Source: Acidobacteria bacterium AH-259-G07
GTDB taxonomy: Bacteria > Acidobacteriota > UBA6911 > RPQK01 > JADFOI01
DNA: 43,713 nucleotides
Assembly (NCBI GenBank): GCA_027717925.1
Contig: JALLON010000002.1
Location: 1-43,713 of the forward strand
Direction of reading: 5' to 3'
Shown here: positions 1 through 7,697 of the stretch, in pieces
Position numbering within the stretch: position 1 is the first letter of the stretch
Layout: the number at the start of each line of letters is the position of its first letter
Made by a program: the position numbers and the translations under genes
Notes under the pieces: model-generated
Database searches by the model: none
What the model saw: only the letters and a program-made list of their open reading frames with translations
What the model was told of the DNA's origin: nothing

Positions 1-672
1 CGCGAAAGTCCAATCTGCCATCGAGTGCGTCACACGCGTTCCGCGTTCTAACAGAAAAAAGGCCTCGCTCTTGGGATGCGGAAGAACCCTGTCGCGGGCG
101 GCCGCATAGGCGCTCAGGGCGGTTTGCGTTGATGGGTGCACGTAGATGAGCCGTGACTTCCCGAACTTCGTCCTTCGCAGAAAAAGAACCCCCTCGACCA
201 GATTCACGTCCCCACGGTCCAGAAGCAGTGCTTCGCTGACACGCATCCCGCTGACGGCCAACAGTCCGAACACAGTCGAATAGGTATGACCTCTGAGCCC
301 CCGGGGAGACGGCAGCCCTGCGGCGGTTTGCACGAGTCGTTCGATCTGCTCGACGGTATAGATGTAGGGACGCCGACGGCGATAGCAGTACGGGAGAAGT
401 CCTGGCGGCGGAACTTCCGTCTGAGGATCCAGGGTGCTTAACCAAGCAGCGAATCGACGCGCCATTCCCAGCCTCCAGGACCAAGTGGCGGGCTGGACAC
501 CCTCCGCCTGCGTGGCCCAGCGCACCGCAAGGTCGGTGGTGATGTGAGCGGCTCCTTCGGCTTCCAGGAAGCGAACGAAGTTGCCCAGTTCGCACCGGAC
601 CCTGCGGAGCTGGTAGCCAAGACTCTGGCGTAGGGCGAGATACTCCTGAAGTCCTTGTTGGATCGGGTTCAT
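1..672 (-). CDS. tyrosine recombinase, partial (3' end lies beyond the window); second gene of a recombinase array
   Basis: Hand translation of the minus strand from ATG 672-670 to base 1 is open for 224 codons. It is absent from the ORF track because there is no stop in the window. Sequence: MNPIQQGLQEYLALRQSLGYQLRRVRCELGNFVRFLEAEGAAHITTDLAVRWAT...LLAVSGMRVSEALLLDRGDVNLVEGVLFLRRTKFGKSRLIYVHPSTQTALSAY. This reads as an integrase SAM-like N-domain plus the start of the catalytic domain (box I Arg in GMRVSE). The ATG overlaps the TGA of the upstream integrase gene (ATGA at 669-672). Confidence 0.8.
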   Translation of the reverse strand, partial: MNPIQQGLQEYLALRQSLGYQLRRVRCELGNFVRFLEAEGAAHITTDLAVRWATQAEGVQPATWSWRLGMARRFAAWLSTLDPQTEVPPPGLLPYCYRRRRPYIYTVEQIERLVQTAAGLPSPRGLRGHTYSTVFGLLAVSGMRVSEALLLDRGDVNLVEGVLFLRRTKFGKSRLIYVHPSTQTALSAYAAARDRVLPHPKSEAFFLLERGTRVTHSMADWTFA

Positions 673-1916
673 CGCTCACCTCCCATCGTCGGCCAAGGCT
701 GAGCGAGCTCGCGCAGGCTGCCACTGTCCACTTTGGCGTAGATCCGGGTCGTGGCCAAACTGCGATGCCGGAGAAGCTCCGCCAGCTCTGCCAGGGATGC
801 TCCCTTTCGTAAAAGATTGGTCGCCAAGCTGTGGCGAAGCAGATGAGCGCCCTTGAACGGTGGCTTTAAGCCGGCGCGTGCAAGAGCACGCCGCACGAGG
901 TTGGTTACTGCAGCCCTGGTGAAGCCGCGGCGTGGAGCCTTCATCCGTAGAAAAACGCAGCGAGATGAACTCTGTGGACGGTCGCGGCGCAGATACGCAA
1001 CCAGCGCCTCTCCAACCTCCGACAATAGAGGCAGTCGATGACGAATCTGGCCTTTTCCCAGAACACGAATCTCTCCCGACCTCCAGTCGATGTCTTCCAG
1101 CTGCAGGCTCGCCACCTCGCCCGCACGCAGTCCAAGCCGTGCAAGGAGGAGGAGAATGGCGTAATTACGACGCCCTACAGGTGTGCTTCGGTCGCAGCTT
1201 CTTAAGAGTTGCTCCACTTCTTGGTCGCTGATGTACCGAGGAACCGTGGCCTGTGCCCGGCATGGGACTGACAGCACAGAAGCCGACAGATCAACGGTTG
1301 TCTCTCCTTCTTGTACAAGAAAGCGGAAAAAGGAACGGAGCGCCGTGACCATTAACTGCGCACGCTTGTGTCCTACAGAGGAGGCGTCCTTGATGACGAA
1401 GCTCGAGACGTCTCGGGCGTTGAGCTGTCCTACCGCGACTGGTTCTTCACCGAAGCGCTCCCGCAGAAACCGGTGGACAAACCATCTGTACCTCTGGATC
1501 GTCGCGTCGGTCAGCCCGCGCTCCTCCCGCAGATACGCATCATATCGCTGCTCCAGCTCCAGTATCGGCCCCTTGTCCGGGCTGGCCTCAGCGCCAAGCC
1601 CAATCGCACCTCCTTGATGTTGCAGGTATTCAACGAAGTCCCGCAGAGTTTGCCGATCTCCATTCTTCAGTCGAAGTCGGCGTTGGTATGCGGTTAAAAA
1701 CGCCTCCGCCGTGTTCGTATGGACAAGATCTGCGACAGTCCGCCTGGTCCGCCGAAGCCACTCCCCAAGATGCGAGAGAAACCGTAGCCGTATCTGGACA
1801 GTCAGGCGGCTGTAGCCTGCCTCCGCCAAAGTGGCTACGAATGCATCCAAGTGATCTCCGAGTCGACCCGTGCGGAGTCTTTGGATGACCTCCGGTCCGA
1901 AATAGTTCTCCAACAT
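669..1916 (-). CDS. tyrosine recombinase (415 aa, long N-terminal extension; first gene of the array)
   Basis: ORF track 415 aa. Catalytic-domain motifs are present: LARLGLRAGEVASLQLEDIDW (box I Arg), GKGQIRHRLPL, GAHLLRHSLATNLL (HxxR), and LLRHRSLATTRIYAKVD (His plus catalytic Tyr). It is visibly more GC-rich than most of the window. Confidence 0.9.
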   Translation of the reverse strand: MLENYFGPEVIQRLRTGRLGDHLDAFVATLAEAGYSRLTVQIRLRFLSHLGEWLRRTRRTVADLVHTNTAEAFLTAYQRRLRLKNGDRQTLRDFVEYLQHQGGAIGLGAEASPDKGPILELEQRYDAYLREERGLTDATIQRYRWFVHRFLRERFGEEPVAVGQLNARDVSSFVIKDASSVGHKRAQLMVTALRSFFRFLVQEGETTVDLSASVLSVPCRAQATVPRYISDQEVEQLLRSCDRSTPVGRRNYAILLLLARLGLRAGEVASLQLEDIDWRSGEIRVLGKGQIRHRLPLLSEVGEALVAYLRRDRPQSSSRCVFLRMKAPRRGFTRAAVTNLVRRALARAGLKPPFKGAHLLRHSLATNLLRKGASLAELAELLRHRSLATTRIYAKVDSGSLRELAQPWPTMGGER

Positions 1917-2087
1917 ATCTTCTCCTTTCCGGCACTATGGCCAACAGGAGAAGACGCTGGATTATGCCGCGTTGTCAAGCTCGGATCGGAACCCAACAAC
2001 GCCGCGGTGGCAAGCTTCACAAGCGGTCTGACATCGCGCCCGGAGGAACTTCACAATGCTCACGGCATAATCCGGGACTCGGCATAA

Positions 2088-2119
2088 TAGCCATTATTCC
2101 GACATCGGAATAATGGCTA
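2088..2119. repeat. perfect palindrome, 15-bp arms with a 2-bp spacer (tagccattattccga ca tcggaataatggcta)
   Basis: Read directly: arm 1 is 2088-2102 and arm 2 is 2105-2119, an exact reverse complement. cggcataat occurs twice just upstream (2063-2071, 2080-2088). It lies between the recombinase gene start and the disrupted XRE gene, so it is a candidate recombinase or regulator binding site. Confidence 0.7.
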
Positions 2120-2341
2120 CTTCGAGCCCCTGATTGAGGAAATCCAACGGCAGCCTTTTCCTCCGGGCTACCGGGACTATCTCGAGGCCCAGCTTCGAAA
2201 GTTCTCCGGGCTGTGGAAAAAATCGGCCCCATCCAGCCGCCAGAGGGGCAAAGCCACAAAGCCTGGTAGCGCAAAAAAGTAACAGGCAAAAGGATGAAAA
2301 GATGAAAAGAAGAAACGAGATGATGCTGATGATCAACTTTG

Positions 2342-2381
2342 GGTGGGTCACTTTTCCATGATCACAGGTGGGTCACTTTTC
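2342..2381. repeat. 15-bp perfect direct repeat ggtgggtcacttttc x2, separated by 10 bp (catgatcaca)
   Basis: Copies are at 2342-2356 and 2367-2381. The second copy contains the stop codon of the truncated XRE ORF. Confidence 0.8.
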
Positions 2382-2534
2382 TCTTGTCAAAAAGACGTTT
2401 CGCTCGCCTCGTTCAATTCCTCCTACGTACGTCGGATGAAGGCCAGCTTTCTCAGCCAGTTTCTCTTGTGACCAACCTAGATGTGTCCGTAAGTGCCGGA
2501 CGCGCTCGCCCAATCTGCTACGGATCGTCTGCAT
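2373..2534 (-). pseudogene. XRE-family HTH regulator, C-terminally truncated (53 aa)
   Basis: Hand translation: MQTIRSRLGERVRHLRTHLGWSQEKLAEKAGLHPTYVGGIERGERNVFLTREK*. The canonical XRE HTH (LSQExLAxxAGxxxxYxxxIERGxRN) breaks off right after ERGERN, where full-length family members continue with further helices. It is below the ORF-track size cut-off. Confidence 0.6.
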
Positions 2535-2696
2535 CGTCTCCTCCCCTCCATCTTTTAAGTTGCGTTGGGACTTACTTCCACAGACGATAAGAGTTTGATA
2601 GCTGGACAGATATACTATGAGTACTATATAATGCCTGAGATGCGCCTAACGGCTTCACCTTATGGCAAAGTCAGGAGGACAGCAGGACCTGAAACG

Positions 2697-4076
2697 ATGA
2701 GTAAAAGGACGTTTTCAACGGTGTCTCTCGTGCTGTTTTTCGCTATTGTGGCTCAGGCCTTCGCTCGGCCAGAACCCGATCGGAATTTCCCCGTTCTCTT
2801 ATGCATCCCTTCTATTGACGATACTTCAGGGATTATGACGGGTATCGCCTTACTCAACTCAAGTGGAGAAGATGCACGTGTCCAGCTCATCTATCGAAAC
2901 AATGAGGGGAATGATGTTGGTTTTACGGAGTTTACCGTTACTGCGAGGACTCAGTTTGCTGCAATGGCCCAAGGTGTCTTCGGGGAGTCCTTAAAGGGAT
3001 ACATCGAAATACGAGCTGGATGGGAGGGAGACATACATGCCTTTTACTTGAGATTGGACGCCAAAGTGGAAACGATGGATGGTGCGGTGGCGACCACATA
3101 TCGGGAACCTTGGCGTTTTCAAGTGCCGCAGTCAAAAGCTGACCAATTGGTGACCTTATATTTTGTTAACGGTGCAGATATGTCTCGTCGTGATTTTGAT
3201 GCCTACCGCGATGTTATATTTGATATCGTTTTTTACAACTCGAAAAAGGAAAAAACGATTCTCATCAGAAAGAAGATTAAGGCTGGCGGCCGCGGGGTCA
3301 TAAATCTCATCGAACTTAGTAGAGAGGTTGGCGTTGAAGATCAGATGAGGGAGGGCGGCTATATTGAGATCAGCCCGGGTAAGGCTTACATAGCTGCAAT
3401 TGTGGAAGTAAGAGACCAAGAAACCATGCTCATCATTCCCGAGGCGACACGAGATTATCTCGTGGGCAATGAATTAACTTTTCCTCAACTGGCAGTTGGT
3501 GGAGGTTCCTTTACCGAAGTTGATTTCATAGCAGAATTCAATTGGGCCCCTGTCACAATAACCGCGTTTCGGGATGACGGTACAGTCCTTGCAAGCAAGG
3601 AGTTCAGATCAGTTGATCGAGTCTGGGGGCGCCTAAGTGATCTTCTCGATATTGTGCCAGAAGGAACAACGACCGGGTATCTCGTAGCGGATAGAGTTCG
3701 CTTCGGGAGTGTACGGTACGGCTTTGAGAATAAAACGATTGTTAACACTCAATACAACAGACCTACAGATACCCTCTACTTTGGCCACGTAGCCAACGCT
3801 GTGGGTTTTTGGACAGGGTTGGCGCTCTTGAATCAAAATCCTGGCCCAACAGAGATAACTATAGAGATCTTCGAAGCCAACGGAGTAAAATCTGGGGAAA
3901 CAACCTTTACCCTCAAACGCAACGAAAAAATCGCCAGACTCCTGACCGAACTTGTGCCAGAAACTGATGGCCAAGCCGGAGGATACGTAAAAGTTACAAG
4001 TTCTCTACCAATAATGGGTCTTGAGATATTTGGACGCTATGACCTTGCTTCCATGGCTGTAGTCCCGCCAAATTAG
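2697..4076 (+). CDS. exported hypothetical protein (459 aa from ATG 2697)
   Basis: The ORF track frame is 2565..4076. The internal ATG at 2697 gives MSKRTFSTVSLVLFFAIVAQAFA/RPEP, a typical Sec signal peptide. I recognised no domain motif. Confidence 0.65.
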   Translation: MSKRTFSTVSLVLFFAIVAQAFARPEPDRNFPVLLCIPSIDDTSGIMTGIALLNSSGEDARVQLIYRNNEGNDVGFTEFTVTARTQFAAMAQGVFGESLKGYIEIRAGWEGDIHAFYLRLDAKVETMDGAVATTYREPWRFQVPQSKADQLVTLYFVNGADMSRRDFDAYRDVIFDIVFYNSKKEKTILIRKKIKAGGRGVINLIELSREVGVEDQMREGGYIEISPGKAYIAAIVEVRDQETMLIIPEATRDYLVGNELTFPQLAVGGGSFTEVDFIAEFNWAPVTITAFRDDGTVLASKEFRSVDRVWGRLSDLLDIVPEGTTTGYLVADRVRFGSVRYGFENKTIVNTQYNRPTDTLYFGHVANAVGFWTGLALLNQNPGPTEITIEIFEANGVKSGETTFTLKRNEKIARLLTELVPETDGQAGGYVKVTSSLPIMGLEIFGRYDLASMAVVPPN

Positions 4077-4138
4077 GACCTCTGATCACAGTGGGGCATC
4101 TTTTTGCTGTTTCGTGACTCCAAAGCGACATCCAGTCC

Positions 4139-4167
4139 TTGACAAGGGCGTGTAAGGGGTCGATAAT
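4139..4167 (+). promoter_or_regulatory. sigma-70-type promoter candidate: TTGACA-N17-GATAAT
   Basis: ttgaca at 4139-4144, a 17-nt spacer, then gataat at 4162-4167. It lies about 120 nt upstream of the 4288 CDS. Confidence 0.5.
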
Positions 4168-4287
4168 CCCCCCCCTAACTTAAGAAATCAAGGGCTACAG
4201 ATTACATACAGATATCCAAAACTGAAGGGAAATAAAACTTTTCAGCACCAAACCGCTTTTGCAACAGAGTGGTTCTAAGGGGGGACC

Positions 4288-5109
4288 ATGTTTAGAAAAA
4301 TCTCTTTCCTAGTATTCCCAATCTTTATAGTTTGGGGCGTGTCAGCATTCGCTTTAGAGGTGTTGACCAATGAAAAAATTATTGAGTTGGGGGAGGCAAA
4401 CGTTTCAGATGAATTAATCTTGACGCTCATCACCAATTCCGAGTGCAACTTTGAAATAGATGTTGACTCAATTCTAGCTTTAAAAGCCACGGGTGTCTCC
4501 GAGCGAATAATTCAGGCAATGATAAAGACGTCGAGTGCGTCCACTCCAGAGAACCTACCTTCCGAAGGTTCCAAACCAGCACTCTTAGTTCCAGCTGCAA
4601 CTACTCCCCCAGATGAAGGTTTAGTATTGCCCACAGAAGTGGGTGTGTTTTATTCGAAAAACAGTGACAGTCTAATTGAAATCGAGCCGGAGATTGTCAC
4701 CTGGAAAGAAGGTGGTATTTTCAAAAAAATAGCGACAATGGGTATAACCAGAGGTCATACGAATGGGTTGGTTCGCGGAGCGGTGAGCAAATACAAAATT
4801 AATGGAAACGAAGACCTTTACATTTATACTATGGAGGGCACATCAGCCACGGAGTACCAGTTGCTTCGCTTGGATGAAAAAAAGGATCGCCGGGAATTCC
4901 GGGCCATCACAGGGGGCATTTTCCATGCATCGGGGGAACTTGATAAAAATGCTGTTTATTTTGAACCGAAAAAAATAACCTCTCGAACCTACAAATTTAG
5001 ACTCCCAGATCTAGCTCCTGGTGAGTACGGTCTTTTGGCGCCTGGCGGTATGAGAGGTGAAACTACACTTGGTTCAGGGAAAATGTATACATTTAGTGTG
5101 GGGAGATAG
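4288..5109 (+). CDS. exported hypothetical protein (273 aa)
   Basis: An ATG preceded by aagggggga. N-terminal signal peptide MFRKISFLVFPIFIVWGVSAFA. No recognisable domain. Confidence 0.7.
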   Translation: MFRKISFLVFPIFIVWGVSAFALEVLTNEKIIELGEANVSDELILTLITNSECNFEIDVDSILALKATGVSERIIQAMIKTSSASTPENLPSEGSKPALLVPAATTPPDEGLVLPTEVGVFYSKNSDSLIEIEPEIVTWKEGGIFKKIATMGITRGHTNGLVRGAVSKYKINGNEDLYIYTMEGTSATEYQLLRLDEKKDRREFRAITGGIFHASGELDKNAVYFEPKKITSRTYKFRLPDLAPGEYGLLAPGGMRGETTLGSGKMYTFSVGR

Positions 5110-5343
5110 CACCTCACTGCGACTTCTGTACGGCTCATATTTGTATCTTGACACAGGATAGAAAACAGTTATCCAAACTGAAATGAAGCGCAACTATCTT
5201 TTGACCGAGCCTAATTATTCGTCCTCTTCTTCTGTGATGACACCGGTAGGTAGCTCTCCAGCAGTTTCAAGCCAATGAAGAACAATGCCTCCCAGTATGA
5301 CAATGGTCAGAATAATGAACCAAACGAGAGGTAGCTTTTCTTC

Positions 5344-5426
5344 GGATTTTGCGTGAGGATGGGGTCGCGAGTTTTGGCGGTTTGGTTGGATATTTTGGGT
5401 TGGTTGTGGGGGCGGGGTGTGAGGAG
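5344..5426 (+). repeat. GT-rich junction repeat, copy A
   Basis: ggattttgcgtgaggatggggtcgcgagttttggcggtttggttggatattttgggttggttgtggggg... By eye this aligns at roughly 80% identity with 9540-9622, and more loosely with 32870-32990. Confidence 0.7.
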
Positions 5427-5518
5427 AAGTTCAGGTGGGGGTCACATAAGTCTGTGTGAGTAGCGTATGCGATAATAAGAGGGAGTTTGTATGTCCAAAT
5501 TTGAGCAGAGAGGTATTA

Positions 5519-5555
5519 GTCTGCTTCACTCAGGTGTACGTCTGCTTCACTCAGG
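5519..5555. repeat. tandem direct repeat gtctgcttcactcagg x2 (21-bp period)
   Basis: Copies are at 5519-5534 and 5540-5555. The second copy contains the TGA stop (5551-5553) of the caspase gene. Confidence 0.75.
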
Positions 5556-6762
5556 CAGCAAACGAATACGGATCGAGAAAAATGGCCACGACAATCATCG
5601 CGAGAAAACCGATCAAAAACGCCAGGAAAACTGGTCGCACTTTTCCCCTCACTTCTTGTTCTGTCGCGTTTGTATCCAGACCAAAGACCCAGTCCGCTAA
5701 AGGTTTCACCTTTGGCCGCTCGAAAATGTAGGCGGCCAGTATGAGTAGGATCATCGAGCCGTAGACGCCGAATGTGAGGTACGCGATCGGTTTCAAGACG
5801 AACCTTGGCACAGTACTTTGGGGAATCAAGATAAGAAGGGTCGGCCACGCAGCGATGACTAAACACAAGAGATAGAAGGCGATTCCCTTCAGGATCCGCC
5901 CCAGTGCCTCCCTTCGAGCTTTCCGTTTTTTTCTCCGCTCTATCTGTTCCAGACCGAGCCTCTCCGCCTCACTGATCGACTTAGCGGTCCGTTCGCGTCC
6001 TTCCCACTGCCGTGGGGCAGGCACCTGTTGCGCCTTCTTCACGTTGAGTGCGAGTGCGATATCCCCTCCATTGTTGAATGCTTGGCTCTGTGGTTCAGGG
6101 TCCTTTAACTTGTCATGAAGGGCACGAAAAAGTTGCTTGAGAGTCAGAACTGGTTCATCGACATGTGACAGTCCAGAACCGAGGACGCCCAGTAGAGCGC
6201 TGGTGAAGGTGGTGTATGTCTTGTCCTTCGGAGCTAAGGATGGGTCGTTAGCGTGCGACGAACAGAGTACGAACGCGTCGCCTGCCACCTTGGGGCTGGA
6301 CCCCATTAAGCTCTTAATGGCCTTGCCGCTGTAGCAACAGTCCAGGATGAGGATCTTCCTTTTCGCCTTTGAGCGCTTCATGATGCCGCTCACCCTCTTG
6401 AATGGAAGGGAATTCAGGTCCTTTTGCTGCAGAGTTGTCTCAGGGGTTGCCAACAGGAGTTCCGAGCTGTTCTCGGCTGAAATTAGCCCGTGACCCGCGT
6501 AGTAGATCAGAAGGGTGTCAGTGGCGGCTTGTGCGAAATTGTCAAGTTCCACACCGATTTCAGTGAGGGGTTGGTCAACTAAAGGAAGGAGATTCTCTTC
6601 GGGGATGCCTACGATCTTTGGATTGATGAGAACATCTTTGAAAGCGTTAAGATCCCGCTTCGTCTGGTTAAGCTTTTCAAGAGCAGGATCGCTGGTTTTA
6701 GTTGTTGCGATGAGAACGGCTCGTGTTTGCTCGGGATCAAACGACAGTCCCTCATTTGTCAC
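5551..6762 (-). CDS. caspase-like (peptidase C14) protein with C-terminal transmembrane anchor
   Basis: GTG start at 6762-6760 with AAGGAGG 6 nt upstream. The catalytic dyad context is LLIYYAGHG (His) and RKILILDCCYSG (Cys). The C-terminal third has about three hydrophobic helices (GIAFYLLCLVIAAWPTLLILI, IAYLTFGVYGSMILLILAAYIF, VFLAFLIGFLAMIVVAIFL). Confidence 0.8.
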   Translation of the reverse strand: MTNEGLSFDPEQTRAVLIATTKTSDPALEKLNQTKRDLNAFKDVLINPKIVGIPEENLLPLVDQPLTEIGVELDNFAQAATDTLLIYYAGHGLISAENSSELLLATPETTLQQKDLNSLPFKRVSGIMKRSKAKRKILILDCCYSGKAIKSLMGSSPKVAGDAFVLCSSHANDPSLAPKDKTYTTFTSALLGVLGSGLSHVDEPVLTLKQLFRALHDKLKDPEPQSQAFNNGGDIALALNVKKAQQVPAPRQWEGRERTAKSISEAERLGLEQIERRKKRKARREALGRILKGIAFYLLCLVIAAWPTLLILIPQSTVPRFVLKPIAYLTFGVYGSMILLILAAYIFERPKVKPLADWVFGLDTNATEQEVRGKVRPVFLAFLIGFLAMIVVAIFLDPYSFAA

Positions 6763-6773
6763 AGCTCGCCTCC

Positions 6774-7139
6774 TTAGCTTTCCTTCAGCTCGCCAGACAG
6801 GGCGTTTTCGATCGTCTTCCTGATCCGGTCCTCATCAGTCAAGTGCGCTCCCTCGATGGTAATCGTGTTGCGGCCGCTGGAGATCTCGAGCCGGCATGAA
6901 GGATCTGGTGGTCTGGCTCTAAAGTGATTCACGAGCGAACCTGCGAGGGCAAGAAGCGGGGGGGCTAGCTCAGCAATTGCCGTCAATATGGTAACGGCGT
7001 CTCCAAGGGTGCCAGGCTTGGGCGGAAGGTTTCGCAGTTCAACGTTAAGGTCGTCTATTTCTTCGTCTCTCACCCATTTTTCAACCTCGCGAATCTCCTT
7101 CTCGGACTTAGGCCCCTTCAATCGCAGCTGCAGTTCCAT
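6774..7139 (-). CDS. small EACC1-like protein (effector-associated constant component) encoded immediately upstream of the caspase
   Basis: ATG at 7139-7137 with GGGAGGG upstream; the ORF track begins at the GTG one codon earlier. The layout is ELQLRLKG...EIREVEKWVRDEE...LPPKPGTLGDAV, then an Ala/Leu-rich hydrophobic stretch, then CRLEISSGRNTITIEGAHLTDEDRIRKTIENAL. This matches my recollection of EACC1 proteins, which precede caspase, TIR or trypsin effectors. The stop codon lies inside the SD of the caspase gene. Confidence 0.5.
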   Translation of the reverse strand: MELQLRLKGPKSEKEIREVEKWVRDEEIDDLNVELRNLPPKPGTLGDAVTILTAIAELAPPLLALAGSLVNHFRARPPDPSCRLEISSGRNTITIEGAHLTDEDRIRKTIENALSGELKES

Positions 7140-7259
7140 CACACCCTCCCGAAAAGCGAGTCTGGCTTGCTTTCGCTATGCGCTTTCTAGAGAATGTGTC
7201 TTGGATACCACCTTTTCTGCAAAAAAGTCAAGGGTCAACTTAATTAATGTCGGTAACAT

Positions 7260-7472
7260 GTGAAATGTCCGGTCGATGTAGCAAGTGAAGTGTCCGGTCC
7301 AAGCTGCGGGTTTAGGCCCGGTGATAGTGTTATTTCTCTTAATGACCAAGCCCTTTCGTCGTTCGGCGGCATTTCCGAAATGATCTCTCTTGCGACTTCA
7401 GGTTCTTCCCCTCTGAAAATATCTGTCCTGCGTCGCGGTGATCTGATTGACTTGAATTTTTTGATTCAATAG
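7260..7472 (+). pseudogene. isolated PDZ-domain fragment (probable remnant of a protease gene)
   Basis: GFRPGDSVISLNDQAL...SPLKISVLRRGDLIDLNFLI resembles the C-terminal PDZ domain of HtrA/Ctp-type proteases. There is no protease domain upstream, and the only start is a non-ATG (GTG) with no SD. Confidence 0.4.
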
Positions 7473-7697
7473 GTTCTTACCTGTGTACACCAGGTGCGGA
7501 TACGCAAGAAGGCAAGGGGTTGGATCGCTGTTTCACGAGTGCTATATTGAGGCCGTCCGTAATACATAACGTTCGAGAGTGCGAAAATATTTTTGACCGC
7601 AGCAAAAGCGCGCTATATTGAGGGATTCTATTTAGCACGCGGCTATATGGGGTCTGATTATTGACTTTATGTTATACAACCACGGGTGATGTAGAAG

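Larger units (their letters stand above)
1..2356 (-). mobile_element. one end of a multi-recombinase (RIT-like) element; the outer boundary is approximate
   Basis: There are two consecutive overlapping tyrosine recombinase genes. The block is GC-rich compared with the flanking DNA. It abuts a truncated XRE gene, with a 15-bp perfect direct repeat and a 15-bp-arm palindrome in the 450 bp between the recombinase start and the truncated gene. Confidence 0.45.

Noticed and set aside
1630-2361. Several 60-105-aa ORFs around the recombinase start and its upstream spacer (1630..1944, 1835..2020, 2017..2289, 2094..2351, 2134..2361).
   Set aside because: They are typical spurious ORFs in GC-rich DNA. 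They overlap one another in multiple frames and have no motifs.
5215-5430. Minus-strand open frame encoding a TM helix plus acidic tail (...EEKLPLVWFIILTIVILGGIVLHWLETAGELPTGVITEEEDE*).
   Set aside because: I translated it codon by codon. There is no ATG, GTG or TTG in frame between the upstream stop (5431-5433) and the TM segment. At best it is a 3' gene remnant, not a callable CDS.
5456-5866. Track ORFs 5456..5731(+), 5491..5700(+) and 5516..5866(-), which overlap the caspase 3' region.
   Set aside because: They overlap the well-supported TM-encoding end of the caspase gene in other frames, and their translations are not protein-like.
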